A stretch of DNA of 64,000 bases, taken from assembly GCA_051294375.1 (NCBI GenBank), contig CM119266.1, positions 10,803,700-10,867,699 of the forward strand. Direction: 5' to 3'. This DNA is from Paraspadella gotoi (Eukaryota > Animalia > Chaetognatha). Positions 13,301-27,740 of the stretch are shown in pieces. The notes beneath the pieces were generated by a model that was given only the letters and a program-made list of their open reading frames with translations, ran no database searches and was not told the origin of the DNA. Position 1 is the first letter of the stretch; every line of letters begins with the position of its first letter. Both the position numbers and the translations under genes were made by a program.

Positions 13301-13560
13301 GTTGAATCTCCTGCCCGAATACTAGCTCATCTTGCCCTCAGTCTAGTGGCTATTTCCGTCGAAGAAGTCAAATGAAAGTGACCCGCATTATCAAATGCAA
13401 CTTATGCTCTAAAGCAAAATAGAAGAATCAAAAGGTATAGTAACCAAAACAACCCTCTTTTTCCGACTAATGCCATTTTCTTAAAGAAACTTGAAGCGAG
13501 AAGTCACCAAGTTCCCACAAATTCTCCTCTCACGTTCTTGCTTGACAGAAGAAATTAAAT
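10302..13560 (+). pseudogene. LINE ORF2 (APE endonuclease + reverse transcriptase), disrupted
   Basis: Fragments MDPDQHSIDIF (10302), NIPDFYI, GVCIGI, LDYVF, GSDH (10960-10971), TGVLP..AWKH (~11950), ISVTGKILE (~12072), GRSAQD (12181), PQGAIL, YA(D)D, LGMILDPK. Confidence 0.8.
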
Positions 13561-14535
13561 CTGAGTCCAAAGATAGCATTATAAATGTCAAGTAGAATTT
13601 CTACGGTTTTCTTTTGTAGATTCATTGGTAATATCTGTTCTCTGAACTTATAAGCTGGTTTATATTCTCTGAAAAAAGATTAAAGACCATTTAGGAAATT
13701 AGTTATCCGAAATTTAGCTCATGTAATTGATGAACTCATCTACTACTCTGTTGTGGGGAATATATCTTTCACTAACTTTGTCGAACTCTGGTTGTTTTTC
13801 GGTTTTATTTTTTAGATAACAAAGGCTTATACTAAGAAGGTATATAGGCCGCAGAAACCTGGCCAGGGGCCGTGAGTGTCCGGTAGATTTCCTACATTCT
13901 TTATTCTTCTCTCTTTGGCTAAGCGTACTTTCAGATCTCCTTTCTATCCATAACCGCTACTCTACATGCATACTCTGCCTCCTCTTCCTGCCTCTTCTGC
14001 TTCTCTCATTTTGTTCTGTCTCTGCTCGCCTGTTCTTTCCGGCCATCGCCGACGATCCGGGTCCATGCCAATTTTACCGCGGAGATCACAAATAACTTGT
14101 TGGTCTCGGTTACTTACTTCAAAGGTCCGGATTGGTTAGTTTCTCTCAGAAGCACCCTGGTCTTGCGATTCTTTCAGGACACTGTTTGGTTGAGAAAGAA
14201 TCTTTATATTGAGAAATTCTATGTTAAAAATCATTTCGTCGGCAACGGTCAACGATGCAAAATTTATAATTGATTAAAGAGAGGAGATTTTCACAACTGC
14301 CTATCTGAAGGAACGGAGGCCTCCTAAGCGTATTTCACTCTCTACTCTCTAGTGCACTCCCCTCACAAATCGTCTCAAATTAACTCGCGGACTGAGTCTC
14401 TAGCCTCCATATCATTTCCCAAAGCATCATCTCGCTCAGACTCCTCTCTTCTCTCTCTCTCTCTCTGCTCTTCTCCTCTCTCTCTCTCCCTCTTCACTTC
14501 CCTCCGGTCACATCGCGGAATCCTAGCTAAACTCC

Positions 14536-14602
<67 letters not shown>

Positions 14603-14789
14603 CTCTCTCCTCTCTCTCTCTTCTTTTCACCTTTTACCCCTGGCAACCCCTTTGCGAATCCCGACAAATCTCTGTCATATCTACGCAATTTCACCCCCCC
14701 CGGCCCCCGATTCGTTTCCCCAATCGGTACAAAACGAGAGAGAAAAAAACGAGCGAAAAACTCGAATTCGAGCTAAACGAAAGGCGTGG

Positions 14790-15015
14790 CGGGAGGAATG
14801 GCAGGCGGGTGGCACTGGTGAATGGCAAAGGGGAAATGGCATCGGTGAATGCAGAAGGGGAACGGGAATTATTGAATGGTTGGGGGAGTGGTATTGGTCT
14901 ATGGCAAGTCCTTTTTGGTTAAATGGCATTGTGGAATGTCTAGGGGAAATGGTATCGATGAATGGCAAGAAGGAATGGTATTGGTCAATGAAAATGGGCT
15001 GATATCACCAATGGC
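14790..15015 (+). repeat. Degenerate ~26 bp minisatellite (gaatggcaaaggggaaatggcatcggt-like)
   Basis: Recurrent aatggc/aatggt motifs about every 13 nt. Confidence 0.55.
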
Positions 15016-15501
15016 CAAAGAGTTGCATCGCTGTCAAAGGAGTCGCAAAGATAATTTTCAAATACATCAAAATTTGACAAGCTCGAAATCGGGAGTTCGT
15101 GTTATGTACATTGTACGACATATATGTATTCTTAGTTAAAATGACCCTTTTCTTCTTTTCCGCACTCTTCGCCATTCGCCTCTTTTCCTCTCCCCCCTTT
15201 TTTTCTTTCTATTTCCATCTTCCCCCTCTCCTCTCTACAACCCCCTCTCTCCCCCCATTTTTTCTTTTCTATTTCCATCTTCCCCCTCTCCTCTCTTACA
15301 AACCCCTTTCTCCCCCCTCCTCTCCCCCCGAAGTCGCAACGGCGGGCTTTGTATCCCCCATGTCGTCGCGAGGAGACTCAATCGAAATCCCTTTCTTTCG
15401 CTTCCCGCTAATTGGCAACGAAATGCAGAGCGGGGAAGGATTACAGAGGATTTGAGCCGAGACTCAAACACCTCGCCTCTCTCTCTTCTCTCTCTCTCTC
15501 T

Positions 15502-15560
<59 letters not shown>

Positions 15561-15748
15561 TTGCTCTCGCTCTCGTGAGTTTTCTTTCCCCTTTCCTAGT
15601 TGCTTGCCTCTTTTTTTTCTTCTTTTCCCTTTCATCTCTTTATTTCTTCCGTTTTTCTCCCTTTTATTTTTTATATATATATCTTTATATGCAACAAACT
15701 ATAACAAATAAAAAAAATGAATAAAGGAACCGTTATCATTGGACTCAC

Positions 15749-15805
15749 CTCTTCGCGGCACTTTTTGATGTTATCACCTTTTTTGCCAATTATACTTCCC
15801 ACCTC
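15749..15805 (-). CDS. PCBP: Upstream coding exon of the same PCBP gene (KH1 GxxG helix-loop-helix); not in the ORF track
   Basis: 57 nt between ttctcctttccgcag| and |gtgagt. Translates EVGSIIGKKGDNIKKCREE and splices in frame to SGAKINIS... of exon 6233-6475 across a ~9.3 kb intron. Confidence 0.93.
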
Positions 15806-16450
15806 CTGCGGAAAGGAGAAGTCGGGGGGAGGGGAGAAGGGAGAGGGGAACGGGGAACGGGGAAGAGGGGAGGGGGAAGAGGGGAAGAGGGCAAGGGAGT
15901 TGGGAAAAATCGGGAGGGTGGGAAGGGGGAAAAATATCGTGTTAATGTTTAATCACGAGCGATAAGAGGGAGAAACTAAATAGATTATTAGCCACCAACG
16001 CCTCATCGAAAATTAATCGTAATTGACAGAAAAAAAAATGCAGAAAGTAACTAAAAATTAAGAAAAAAAACCAAAAAATACCGGTGTTATTAAATTTAGA
16101 TTAATTTTACACATTTTAACGAGGGGGAAAAAATATAACGCGATCCTATCGATATCATTGCGCGTTCAGTATTCGCCGCCTCGATTCTTTTTTTTTTTTT
16201 TTATTATTCTTTATTATATTTTCTTTTATCGTTTTTTAAATAAATTTTCACTAACAAACGAGTTTGATCTCCTTCATTAGCGCCATTATTTTTAAAAGAA
16301 GACGACGACTCCGACAGCTTTCACGCGGAAAGAAATTTTCTTATCGAAGAAGAGGAACTCTCTCGAATCTCTAGAATCGAGACCTAAAAATAGAAAGTTA
16401 TTAAAGCTCTTCAGACCAGATCCCTCTTTTAAAAAGATAGTGTCTTCTCG

Positions 16451-16524
<74 letters not shown>

Positions 16525-17248
16525 ACTCATTCTTACACATTCACGTAATCTCACCCTCACACGCTTAAGCCTCAGCCTCGTTTCTTCCGGTAATCACACT
16601 TTTCTTTCGCCGCCTCTTTATAAAATGAACGACCATTTTTCTTTGACGATATTTTCTTTAATAGAAAAAAGCTTCATCTCTTTCGCTATTGTCATCGTCG
16701 TCGTCGTCGTCGTTGTCGTCATTTTTCGAGAACGAAACAGCAAGAAAAGGTTCTATCGTTTTATTGACGCAATCATCGTTTGATTTAAGCAATGATGAAC
16801 AGAGGAAGTTACAATAAACATGTAGAGATATCGTCGTTGACTTTGTCGTTGTTGTCATTGTCCTCGTCTTCGATTATCTAGATTTAACTTATGTCTTTGT
16901 CATCGTGGTCTTGACGTTCCGATCGAGTTTGAAAACTTAATCAATGCGCTATCAGAAATGGTTATTTTCTCTAATTACACAACAGTATAAAAAAAAGAAG
17001 AAAAACAAATTAAAAAGAAGAAAACCTGTACTTATAAAAAAGGTCGAAAGATAAAAATGAAAATCGCAAAAATGGAACCAAACTGACGCAAATTGTTACC
17101 CAAAATACAGTTGAACTCGAAAGAGCAGCGAGAAAATAAAAAAAAAGAAGAGAAGAAAAGAAAAGAAAAAAGAGAAGAAGAAAAAAAAGGAAAGTCCCAT
17201 AAAAATTGTTTCCGTCGTGATTCCATTGTGATGACGTCAAGCGTGAAA

Positions 17249-17291
<43 letters not shown>

Positions 17292-18745
17292 AGTCGTCAG
17301 CTCGTGACTCAAGCGGAACAATAACTGTACTTTAAAAATCTTCACTTTGTCAAAATTCTCGTAAAATGCGAGAGAGGAAGACGACGACGATGATGACGAC
17401 GATGACGACGACGACGAATAAGACGACGACTTTCTTTTAAGTTATCACACAAGAGAAGCTAATCAATAACGATTAGATTAATTAATATTTTTCTAACTAT
17501 TGTCATCGTCATATGAAAAACTTAAAGGGGACCACGATGCCGGCGACGATAACGACGACGACAACGACGACAACGAAGAATATAAATCAACAACTTCCTT
17601 TTCCGTTTGCATCGTTACGTCTAACGAAAAAAAATATCTCGATAGATGGAAGAAAAACTATTTTTAAAAGAAAAAGAAAGTTGATGATAGCAAGAGTGGG
17701 AGAGGAAGGAGAGAGAGGAGAGAGAGCAAGAGGAGAGAGAGATGAGAGGAGAGAGAGAGAGAGAGAGAAGAGAGAAAGAAGAGAGAAAGAGAGAGAGAGA
17801 AGAGAGAGAAGAGAGAGAGAGAAACGAGAGAGATGAGAGAGAAAGAGCAGAGCGTGATAATGACTTCAGTATCTGAAATATGAGGCGCTCGCCGCAAATT
17901 GGGAGTAATGCTCGCCATAATTAATTACCAAAATCCATAAATAATAAAAAAGAGAGCGGGTGGAAATCGTTCGCCTACTGAAGGCTCAGTCCCGCCGCCC
18001 AACGAGAGAGCGGCAGAAATTTATTTGGGGGGGAAAAAGAACTCGCGATGTTCATTTGTCTCTACAAAAATTCGAGAAGGGTGGGGGGAGGTGGAAGAGG
18101 AAATAAACTACAAAAAATGAGGGCAAAAATATCATCAATCATGTATCTCTCTCTCTTTCTCTCTCTCTATCCCCCCCTCTCCCTCTTCTCTCTCTCTCTC
18201 TCTCTCTACTCTCTCTCTCTCCTCTTCTTACCCCTCGCTTTCAGTAACCCAGTAAACCCGGACTTTTTTCTCCACTTTTCAAAAACATGAAAAAGAAAAG
18301 ATGTTTGTGCGAGAGAGAAATGGTAGTCGTCGTCGTCGTCGTCGTCGTCGTCGTAGGTTTTTTCCTCCGCTTCTTCTTCTTCGTCGCTTTCGTCGTCGTC
18401 GTCATCGTCATCATCGTCGTCGCTTTCGTCGTCGTCCAGGTGTGGATGACGGAGTGCCCTTGATTACTCGCCGGCGCGGGTTTTTCTCTCGGCGGCGCCG
18501 CCTCCGACGCCGGGCCCGACCGGCAGCGCCGCGGCGCGCCGGCGCGAAGTCGAGGGCAAAAAACTGGGTCAAACTCGACTGCGGGGGAGGGTGAACGATG
18601 GAGAATGGAGGTGGCGGGGGTGGTGATGGTGGTGATGAAAGAAAGGGTAGGGACAGGTGAGAGTGAAGAAAGTATGGGAAGGTGGAAAATGAGGAGAGTT
18701 GATTTCTGTCGACTCGTTTATGGCAGCGCGGATTGTTTTTGGATA

Positions 18746-18810
18746 TGGTATCAGAGATGGCGTTGGAAATGGTATTAGAGATGGCATTAAATGGTATCAG
18801 AGGTGACGCT
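18746..18810 (+). repeat. Short ~22-24 bp tandem repeat (tggtatcagagatggcgttggaaa), 3 copies
   Basis: tggtatcagag / tggtattagag / tggtatcagag at 18746, 18770 and 18792. Confidence 0.7.
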
Positions 18811-18889
18811 ATCGAGTCAATGACTATTCTGCAATTTACGCTCGAGTCGAATTAGCCGTTTGGCTTTCGACGTTTTCAACTTAATTAAC

Positions 18890-19200
18890 GACGTCGTCGT
18901 CGTCGTCATTTTCATCGTCGTCGTCGTCGTTTTCATCGTCGTCGTTGTCGTTTTCATCGTCGTCGTCGTCGTCGTCGTCATCTTCGTTGGAATCTTAATC
19001 ATCGTCGTCGCTGTCTTCGTCGTTTTCGTCGTCGTCTTCAACGCTTCGTCTTCGTTGGAAACTTAATCATCGTTATCATCTTTTTCGTCGTATCGTCATC
19101 GTCGTTTTTTTTCCGTCGTAATTGTCGTTGTTGTCGTCGTCATTGACGTCTTCGTTTACGTCGTCATCGTCGTAGTCTTCATCGTCGTCGTCGTCTCCGC
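18890..19200 (+). repeat. Compound (GTC/TCG)n trinucleotide microsatellite region
   Basis: Interrupted gtc runs. Similar tracts at 2370-2475, 4100-4210, 8150-8190, 17250-17430, 18325-18435 and 48060-48095. Confidence 0.9.
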
Positions 19201-19761
19201 TCCTTTCCACGACCCGTTGGAGGCTCTGGGTTCGCTCCCGCCCCTTTCCTTCGCTCTTCTCGGGTCAACGAAGATTTTCCTAGATTTATGACTGCGGGGC
19301 TTAGAATTTCCGTGGGGTGGAGGGGGAGGAAAAAGGGAGGGGAGGAAGGGGGGTGGGGAGGTTGATAGAGACAGAGTGGAGGAACTTGAGATGGAGTTTC
19401 GTCGCTTTCCAGTGACAGATTGCGAGATAGTAGGAAAACAGTTTATCAATTACAAAACAAAGTATTTCCGATTGATTTGAATTAATATCGAAACTAGAGG
19501 TAGTTTTGGGAACACTGAACTAAAAGTACTTAGAAGCTAGAGAATCTTGACTTCGATGAGTTTCTTTTAAAATCATTATTTTTATTCCAATGATTACGAC
19601 TTCAATCTGAGAGGCCGAATTACCGGTTTCCAACAAAATAATAATAATGATTTTAAAAAATGGCGCGTAATTTCGAGAATAAAAAAAATTTATCTCCCTA
19701 TAATCGACCCGTAATCCCCGGATTCAGCTTTTCACTTATTTCCGGATCGTCAGGTCTCCGA

Positions 19762-19830
19762 ATCCCTGGATCTCCGGTTCCCCGGATCCCTGGATCTCCG
19801 GTTCCCTGTATCCCTGGATCCCCGGATCCT
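19762..19830 (+). repeat. 24-bp tandem repeat (atccctggatctccggttccccgg), ~2.7 copies
   Basis: Directly visible; produces the IPGSPVPR repeat in the spurious ORF 19660-19989. Confidence 0.8.
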
Positions 19831-22689
19831 AGATTTTACTTTCTTTTTTCGTTCGACGACGATTTTTCTTCCCAAAATAGTTTTTTTTTTAAAGACGACG
19901 ACGACCGAAAGGGAGGAAGGATCAGTTTTCCACCTTCCTTCCCGCCACCTCACCACCTTCCCGCAACCTCGCCAGTTTCCTGCTTTTAAATCTTTTCTTA
20001 GCCACCTTCCATTGCCAGATTCATTCATCAAAGGAATGGAAATTTAAGCCCCTGAATTAATAATTCTCTTTATTAGTCTTCTAACCTCGAACCCTCACTG
20101 ACTGGAGTTACATTCCAAGAATTCTCTCCATTCCAAGTTACATCCTTCTCGCATTCTTTACATCCCTCGCAGGTCGCGCGATCCCCGTTCGATTCGAAAA
20201 TCTCTCTTCTCTTCAAAATAATTTACGTCTTTGTTTTGAGGCTTTTCCTCTCCTTTTTTTCCGCCACCAATTCCCCAAGGAAAAAGATAATTCATCTTTT
20301 TGATTTCTATNNNNNNNNNNNNNNNNNNNNNNNNNNNNNNNNNNNNNNNNNNNNNNNNNNNNNNNNNNNNNNNNNNNNNNNNNNNNNNNNNNNNNNNNNN
20401 NNNNNNNNNNNNNNNNNNNNNNNNNNNNNNNNNNNNNNNNNNNNNNNNNNNNNNNNNNNNNNNNNNNNNNNNNNNNNNNNNNNNNNNNNNNNNNNNNNNN
20501 NNNNNNNNNNNNNNNNNNNNNNNNNNNNNNNNNNNNNNNNNNNNNNNNNNNNNNNNNNNNNNNNNNNNNNNNNNNNNNNNNNNNNNNNNNNNNNNNNNNN
20601 NNNNNNNNNNNNNNNNNNNNNNNNNNNNNNNNNNNNNNNNNNNNNNNNNNNNCGCCGCCGCCGCCGCCACAGCCGCCACAGCCGCCGCCGGAATGATGAC
20701 GTCTCCGGTGGTCGGTTCCTCACGTTTCCGTTTCGGCGTCGAAGCACAACAACCGCGGGTTCTTAACCTCCAAAGGTCGGGTCCCTGAGGCCGCGTCGTT
20801 TCCTCCCTTTATTCTTTCCTTTTTCTCTTATTTCCTCACTTCTTTTCTTTCTTCCTTTTTCTTTTCTCGATTTGTTTTTATATTTTTTTCTTCACCTTAT
20901 TTCTATTTTTTCACCTTTTTTCTCGTTATGTTTAGTTTTTTTTTTTCCCTTTGGTCACACGAGGGTCTGACGGACGGAGGAAAGGAAAGGTGGTTCCTCC
21001 TATTTCCTTCACTTTTCTTTTTTTTATTATTATTTCGCTTTCGACTTTCTTCCTCGCGGCGATTCTTAAATATTTTAGTAGTTTTCGTCACTGCGATACT
21101 TTTTCTCTTCTTTTTCTCTTTTCTTATCCTCGTTTCTTTCTTTCCTTCTGATTATTTTTTTCCCCTTTNNNNNNNNNNNNNNNNNNNNNNNNNNNNNNNN
21201 NNNNNNNNNNNNNNNNNNNNNNNNNNNNNNNNNNNNNNNNNNNNNNNNNNNNNNNNNNNNNNNNNNNNNNNNNNNNNNNNNGGGCGTGAGTCAAGGATAA
21301 ACAAACAAACAAACAAACAACAAATAACATAACTAATTAATAATTAGTAATTATTGTTCAACTTAAAACTCCTCGAACTCAACCCGCAATAATATTATAT
21401 TGGTTGTACCCATTTCATAAATTTATTTTAGTAATTTTTATTGGCATAAAGTAAAATTTAAAACAAATTTAAATTAGATTGAAATTCCACTTTTTCATTA
21501 TCGTGAACTATCGAGACAGGNNNNNNNNNNNNNNNNNNNNNNNNNCAGACAGATCTTTCACAATAGTGTTATGATCTGTTCCTCACGAGCGCCGCGTTCT
21601 AACGACCGCCATTGGCGACAGGCCGTTAGGGGGGCGACTCGTTGGGCGGGCCTTGTATAATATAAAGTGTATTAGCATGATGTGGTCTTCCCATACCTAC
21701 GATAACGCTCGTCCTGCACCCTAGTGTGCACATGTGGTCCGGGTGCATGGCAGCCTTGTGTGTCGAGATGCTATAAGGTGCCGGCAACGTCCACTCGAGC
21801 CCTTATAAATATATATTACATGAAACAATCTCTACACGCCCTCTGTGAGGCACGCACAGACCTACAGCAATAGTCTTGTCACGCGTTCACAACCCACGGC
21901 AGGTACTCGCACCTCCTCTTTCCTCTACCACCCCTCTCTTCCATCGACTCACTCCCGCCCACAACCCAATGCCTACGCCTTCTTACCCGGGCCCAAGGGC
22001 CAAAAGGGGGGTAAATAACGCTGTCTTTACATTTTTATGGTAAAAAACCTTAAAATGGAGACGAATACCCCTTTTTTTTTAGAGTCATTTAGATAAACGG
22101 AGCCATAATAACCAAAAGGGCCCGAAAAGAAGAAAAAAAAAAAGGAGAGAAAAAACAAAGAAAGAGCACGAGAGGTATGCGAGAGAGTAATAATGGAGTT
22201 TCAAGAGGAAAGAGAGCGAGTGGAGTGAATTTGGAGAATAGGGATGGTAATGCAAGGTTCGAAAAAATAGAACATGTCAAGATAGACACGAGGAAATAGG
22301 ACATAGAAGAGAAGAGAAGATGAAAGAGACATGGGAAAGTGCCATCAGTAGAGACGCCTGGTAAAAAATGTTTTTTTCCAGAGGCCAGAAAGTGAAAAAT
22401 GCAAAAACCCCCAAATCACTCGTTGCATCATACATCGTCTCCGTATCTCTGTTTCTGCGCTGTCGTTTCCCGTCCTGCTGTGTGTTTTTCGGCCATTTTT
22501 CTTCTTTTCTCTGTCTCTGCTTTTTCAAATAATACAAACCTTTTTCGTTTACCTCCTTTTTCTCACCCTTTCACTTCCTGCTCTCCTTCTCTCCTCTCTT
22601 TCCTCTCTACTCTCCTCTCTCTTCTCTTCTCTCTCTCTCTCTTCTCTCTCCTCTTTCCTCTCTCGCAGCGCCGCGCCTGGATTTCTTTC

Positions 22690-24860
<2,171 letters not shown>

Positions 24861-24969
24861 TATCGACAAAGATGGCGGAGCGCGTTACCGCCGTTACCTG
24901 CGCCGCCGGTGCTGCCGACGGTTGATGGATACAAAACAAAAGGCAGCGGCGGCGGCGTAACCGCGAGAA

Positions 24970-25000
<31 letters not shown>

Positions 25001-25289
25001 GAGAGATAGAGAGAGAGAGGGACTGGAGATGCGGGTGGGTCCAGGGAAACATAACACATTAATCATTCATGACTCGCTGCATTGCTGCTGCCACGAGACG
25101 CAATGAAACGGCAAATGGAAAATGTAAACAAAATTTGTAAACAAACTTTATCTTCCCTATTTTCCCTCATCCGATTTTGAGCAACAACGGGGAGGAAGAG
25201 AGAAAGAGAGGGAGATTAAGAAGAAATAGGGAGGGAGAAAGGGAGAGCGTATATAATCCTGTTGTTAATAATAGAGAGAGAGAGAGAGA

Positions 25290-25320
<31 letters not shown>

Positions 25321-26756
25321 CAAGTTGCAGCGCTGGAGAGAGCAAAGAGCGATGAAAGTTCCCGCGACAATCAGCGGCGGATTTTTGGTGCAAAACTGAA
25401 AATGAAAAAAAGTCTCGTTCCAGATGAGTCCGTTGAGTTCGGGAAGAGGGCGTGGGCGGGTTGGTAGNNNNNNNNNNNNNNNNNNNNNNNNNNNNNNNNN
25501 NNNNNNNNNNNNNNNNNNNNNNNNNNNNNNNNNNNNNNNNNNNNNNNNNNNNNNNNNNNNNNNNNNNNNNNNNNNNNNNNNNNNNNNNNNNNNNNNNNNN
25601 NNNNNNNNNNNNNNNNNNNNNNNNNNNNNNNNNNNNNNNNNNNNNNNNNNNNNNNNNNNNNNNNNNNNNNNNNNNNNNNNNNNNNNNNNNNNNNNNNNNN
25701 NNNNNNNNNNNNNNNNNNNNNNNNNNNNNNNNNNNNNNNNNNNNNNNNNNNNNNNNNNNNNNNNNNNNNNNAACCTCTCGCCTCTCAGTCCCGCATTTCT
25801 TTATTCTTTTTATTTTTCTCCGCGTTTATGTTTTTCATTAACCTTCTCTCCCCGCACACCTTTTTTTTCATGTTTTCTTTGTGGGTCACNNNNNNNNNNN
25901 NNNNNNNNNNNNNNNNNNNNNNNNNNNNNNNNNNNNNNNNNNNNNNNNNNNNNNNNNNNNNNNNNNNNNNNNNNNNNNNNNNNNNNNNNNNNNNNNNNNN
26001 NNNNNNNNNNNNNNNNNNNNNNNNNNNNNNNNNNNNNNNNNNNNNNNNNNNNNNNNNNNNNNNNNNNNNNNNNNNNNNNNNNNNNNNNNNNNNNNNNNNN
26101 NNNNNNNNNNNNNNNNNNNNNNNNNNNNNNNNNNNNNNNNNNNNNNNNNNNNNNNNNNNNNNNNNNNNNNNNNAAGAAACCCTTTCGCATTAAAGTCGTG
26201 GCTGTCGCGTTGAAGGCGCGTTGGGGGACCGATCTCGATCCCATCAGGGGGCCGATCGGAGACGTCATAAAGCGCTCCGTCCTCCAGGGGCCCCCGGGCT
26301 AGGGGCCGTTTTCCACCCGGTTGTCAAAATGGAGGCGGCGATAAAGTTCTGTTCGAAACGGCGACTTAAATTTCTTGTTCTTTCGGTTTCCTTCTNNNNN
26401 NNNNNNNNNNNNNNNNNNNNNNNNNNNNNNNNNNNNNNNNNNNNNNNNNNNTATCTTCCTCAAACCTCTCAGTTCAAACTCTAAGCTCCACTATTCTCCT
26501 GCGCCATCTATGCCACGTTTTTCTGCTTCAATACGGTTTCCCAGCCAGACTGGAAAAACCACAACAACAAAAACAACATCAACAACAAAAACAACAACAG
26601 AAACAAGTCAACCATGACAACAACGACAACGACGGCGATAGTAACAACACAGAAAGCACTTTGCAACGACGTTTAGCTGCACCCTACCCTTCAACACACC
26701 TCACTGACTCTCTCCACCTCTCTCTCCACATTTTTCTTTTTTTCTTTTTTCTTTTT

Positions 26757-27740
26757 TGAATCTTCATCTGGTCAAGGTCAACCGACGACTTTCTTTTTTT
26801 CTTTCTTTTTTTCTTTTTTTCTTTTTTGAAATCTCATTGGGTCAGGTCAAACGACGACTTTTTTTTTCTTTTGTCTTTTTTTCTTTTTTTTTTCTTTTTC
26901 TTTTTGAATTCATCTGGTTCAGTCAAACCGACGACTTTCTTTTTTTCCTTTTTTCTTTTTTTTTTTTTTCTTTTTTTTCTTTTTTTTTCTTTTTTTCTTT
27001 TTTCTTTTTTTTGAATCTCATCTGGTCAGGTCAACCGAACGACTTTCTTTTTTTCTTTTTTTCTTTTTTTCTTTTTTTCTTTTTCTTTTTTTCTTTTTTT
27101 CTTTTTGTCCTCATCTGGCAGGTCACCGACGACTTTCTTTTTTCTTTTTCTTTTTTTCTTTTTCTTTTTTCTTTTTCTTTTTTGAATCTCTCTGTCAGGT
27201 CAACCGACGATTTCTTTTTTCTTTTTCCTTTTTCTTTTCTTTTTTTTCTTTTTCTTTTTTTGAATCTCATTCTGGTCAGGTTCAACCGACGACTTTCTTT
27301 TTTTCTTTTTTCTTTTTTTCTTTTTTTCTTTTTTTCTTTTTTTCCTTTTGAATCTCTCTGGTCAGGTCAACCGACGACTTCTTTTTTTCTTTTTTTCTTT
27401 TTTTCTTTTTTCTTTTTTTTCTTTTTTGTCTTTTTTGAATCTCATCTTGGTCAGGTCAACTCGACGACTTTCTTTTTTTCTTTTTTTTTTTTTCTTTTTT
27501 CTTTTTTTTTTTTTTCTTTTTGAATCTCATCTGGGTCAGGTCAATCCAACCACACGACCTTTCTTTTTTCTTTTTTCCTTTTTTTTCTTTTTTTCCTTTT
27601 TTTCTTTTTTTCTTTTTTGAATCTGCACTGGTCAGGTCAACCGACGATCTTTCTTTTTTTCTTTTTTTCTTTTTTTCTTTTTTTCTTTTTTTTCTTTTTT
27701 CTTTTTTTGAATCTCATCTGGGTCAGGTCAACGACCCGAC
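26757..27740 (+). repeat. Minisatellite array: 12 copies of a ~30-nt core (GAATCTCATCTGGTCAGGTCAACCGACGAC) separated by ~40-75 nt T/C tracts
   Basis: Cores start near 26757, 26826, 26904, 27011, 27106, 27182, 27260, 27348, 27435, 27520, 27617 and 27707. One more core lies in reverse orientation at ~28731-28760. Confidence 0.92.

Larger units (their letters stand above)
8281..13900 (+). mobile_element. Non-LTR retrotransposon (LINE, two-ORF APE type, Jockey/I-like), heavily frameshifted, antisense within the PCBP intron; ends approximate
   Basis: ~5.6 kb block with almost no microsatellites. Motifs occur in the expected order: gag knuckle QCYRCQKxGH (9498-9528) plus further C/H clusters, APE DDVGSDHPLV (10951-10980), RT PQGAIL (12510), YA(D)D (tatgccgtgat, 12630), LLGMILDPK (~12905). 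Confidence 0.88.

Noticed and set aside
18746-18810. LTR-retrotransposon primer-binding site (TGGTATCAGAG)
   Set aside because: It occurs as part of a short tandem repeat, with no LTR or gag/pol nearby.
21546-22020. Foreign or horizontally acquired insert
   Set aside because: No ORF or motif; it sits next to a 25-N gap and looks like low-quality read sequence.
25181-25216. PacBio SMRTbell adapter remnant (caacaacggggaggaagagagaaagagagggagat)
   Set aside because: Only a loose match in GA-rich DNA, and not flanked by inverted sequence as a missed adapter would be.
26757-27740. CRISPR array (regular ~30-nt repeats with spacers)
   Set aside because: Spacers are low-complexity T/C tracts rather than unique sequences, there are no cas genes, and the context is a eukaryotic spliced gene.
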